A stretch of DNA of 51,702 bases, taken from positions 5,544,863-5,596,564 of the forward strand of contig NC_057749.1 in NCBI RefSeq assembly GCF_004010195.1, read 5' to 3'. The notes below the pieces were generated by a model. The model made no database searches. It was not told the origin of the DNA and was given only the letters and a program-made list of their open reading frames with translations. The position numbers and the translations under genes were made by a program. Of the stretch, positions 51,562 through 51,702 are shown piece by piece. The stretch comes from Chiloscyllium plagiosum (taxonomy: Eukaryota). How positions within the stretch are numbered: position 1 is the stretch's first letter; every line of letters starts with the position of its first letter.

Positions 51562-51702
51562 TTTCTGGATTAGTGGTGCTGGAAGAGCACAGCAGTTCAG
51601 GCAGCATCCAAGGAGCTTCGAAAATCGACGTTTTGGGCAAAAGCCCTTCATCAGGAATAAAGGCAGTGAGCCTGAAGCGTGGAGAGATAAGCTAGAGGAG
51701 GG
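51562..51702 (-). mobile_element. Penelope-like element terminus (family A), runs off the window
   Basis: Near-identical to the 30345-30420 arm; minus strand attcCTGATGA-agggcttttgccc-AAAACGTCgatt. Confidence 0.8.

Overview
AT-rich eukaryotic DNA, almost certainly from a shark (HE1-type SINEs, HER1/CR1 LINEs and Penelope-like repeats; a bamboo/carpet shark is my inference). The main gene is SCAMP5 on the minus strand. Six coding exons (49448-49454, 46506-46625, 27092-27248, 25171-25272, 19135-19252, 11647-11835) have GT-AG boundaries and consistent phases. They splice to a 230-aa protein, [23 protein letters not shown]...[11 protein letters not shown]...[11 protein letters not shown]...NYAYNNQM. 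A roughly 5 kb repeat-free stretch follows, probably the 3'UTR; the first non-coding exon is probably beyond the right edge. The rest is introns and intergenic DNA with decayed CR1, Rex1, Penelope, SINE, solo-LTR and DNA-transposon pieces. Three things stand out: (1) two families of short Penelope-derived fold-back insertions with target-site duplications, whose apex lies on or next to a minimal hammerhead-ribozyme motif; (2) a tRNA-Leu-headed composite insertion nested in an older SINE; (3) an intronless cyclophilin-A-like fragment antisense in a SCAMP5 intron. Exon numbers are inferred from vertebrate SCAMP5 structure, and repeat boundaries are approximate.
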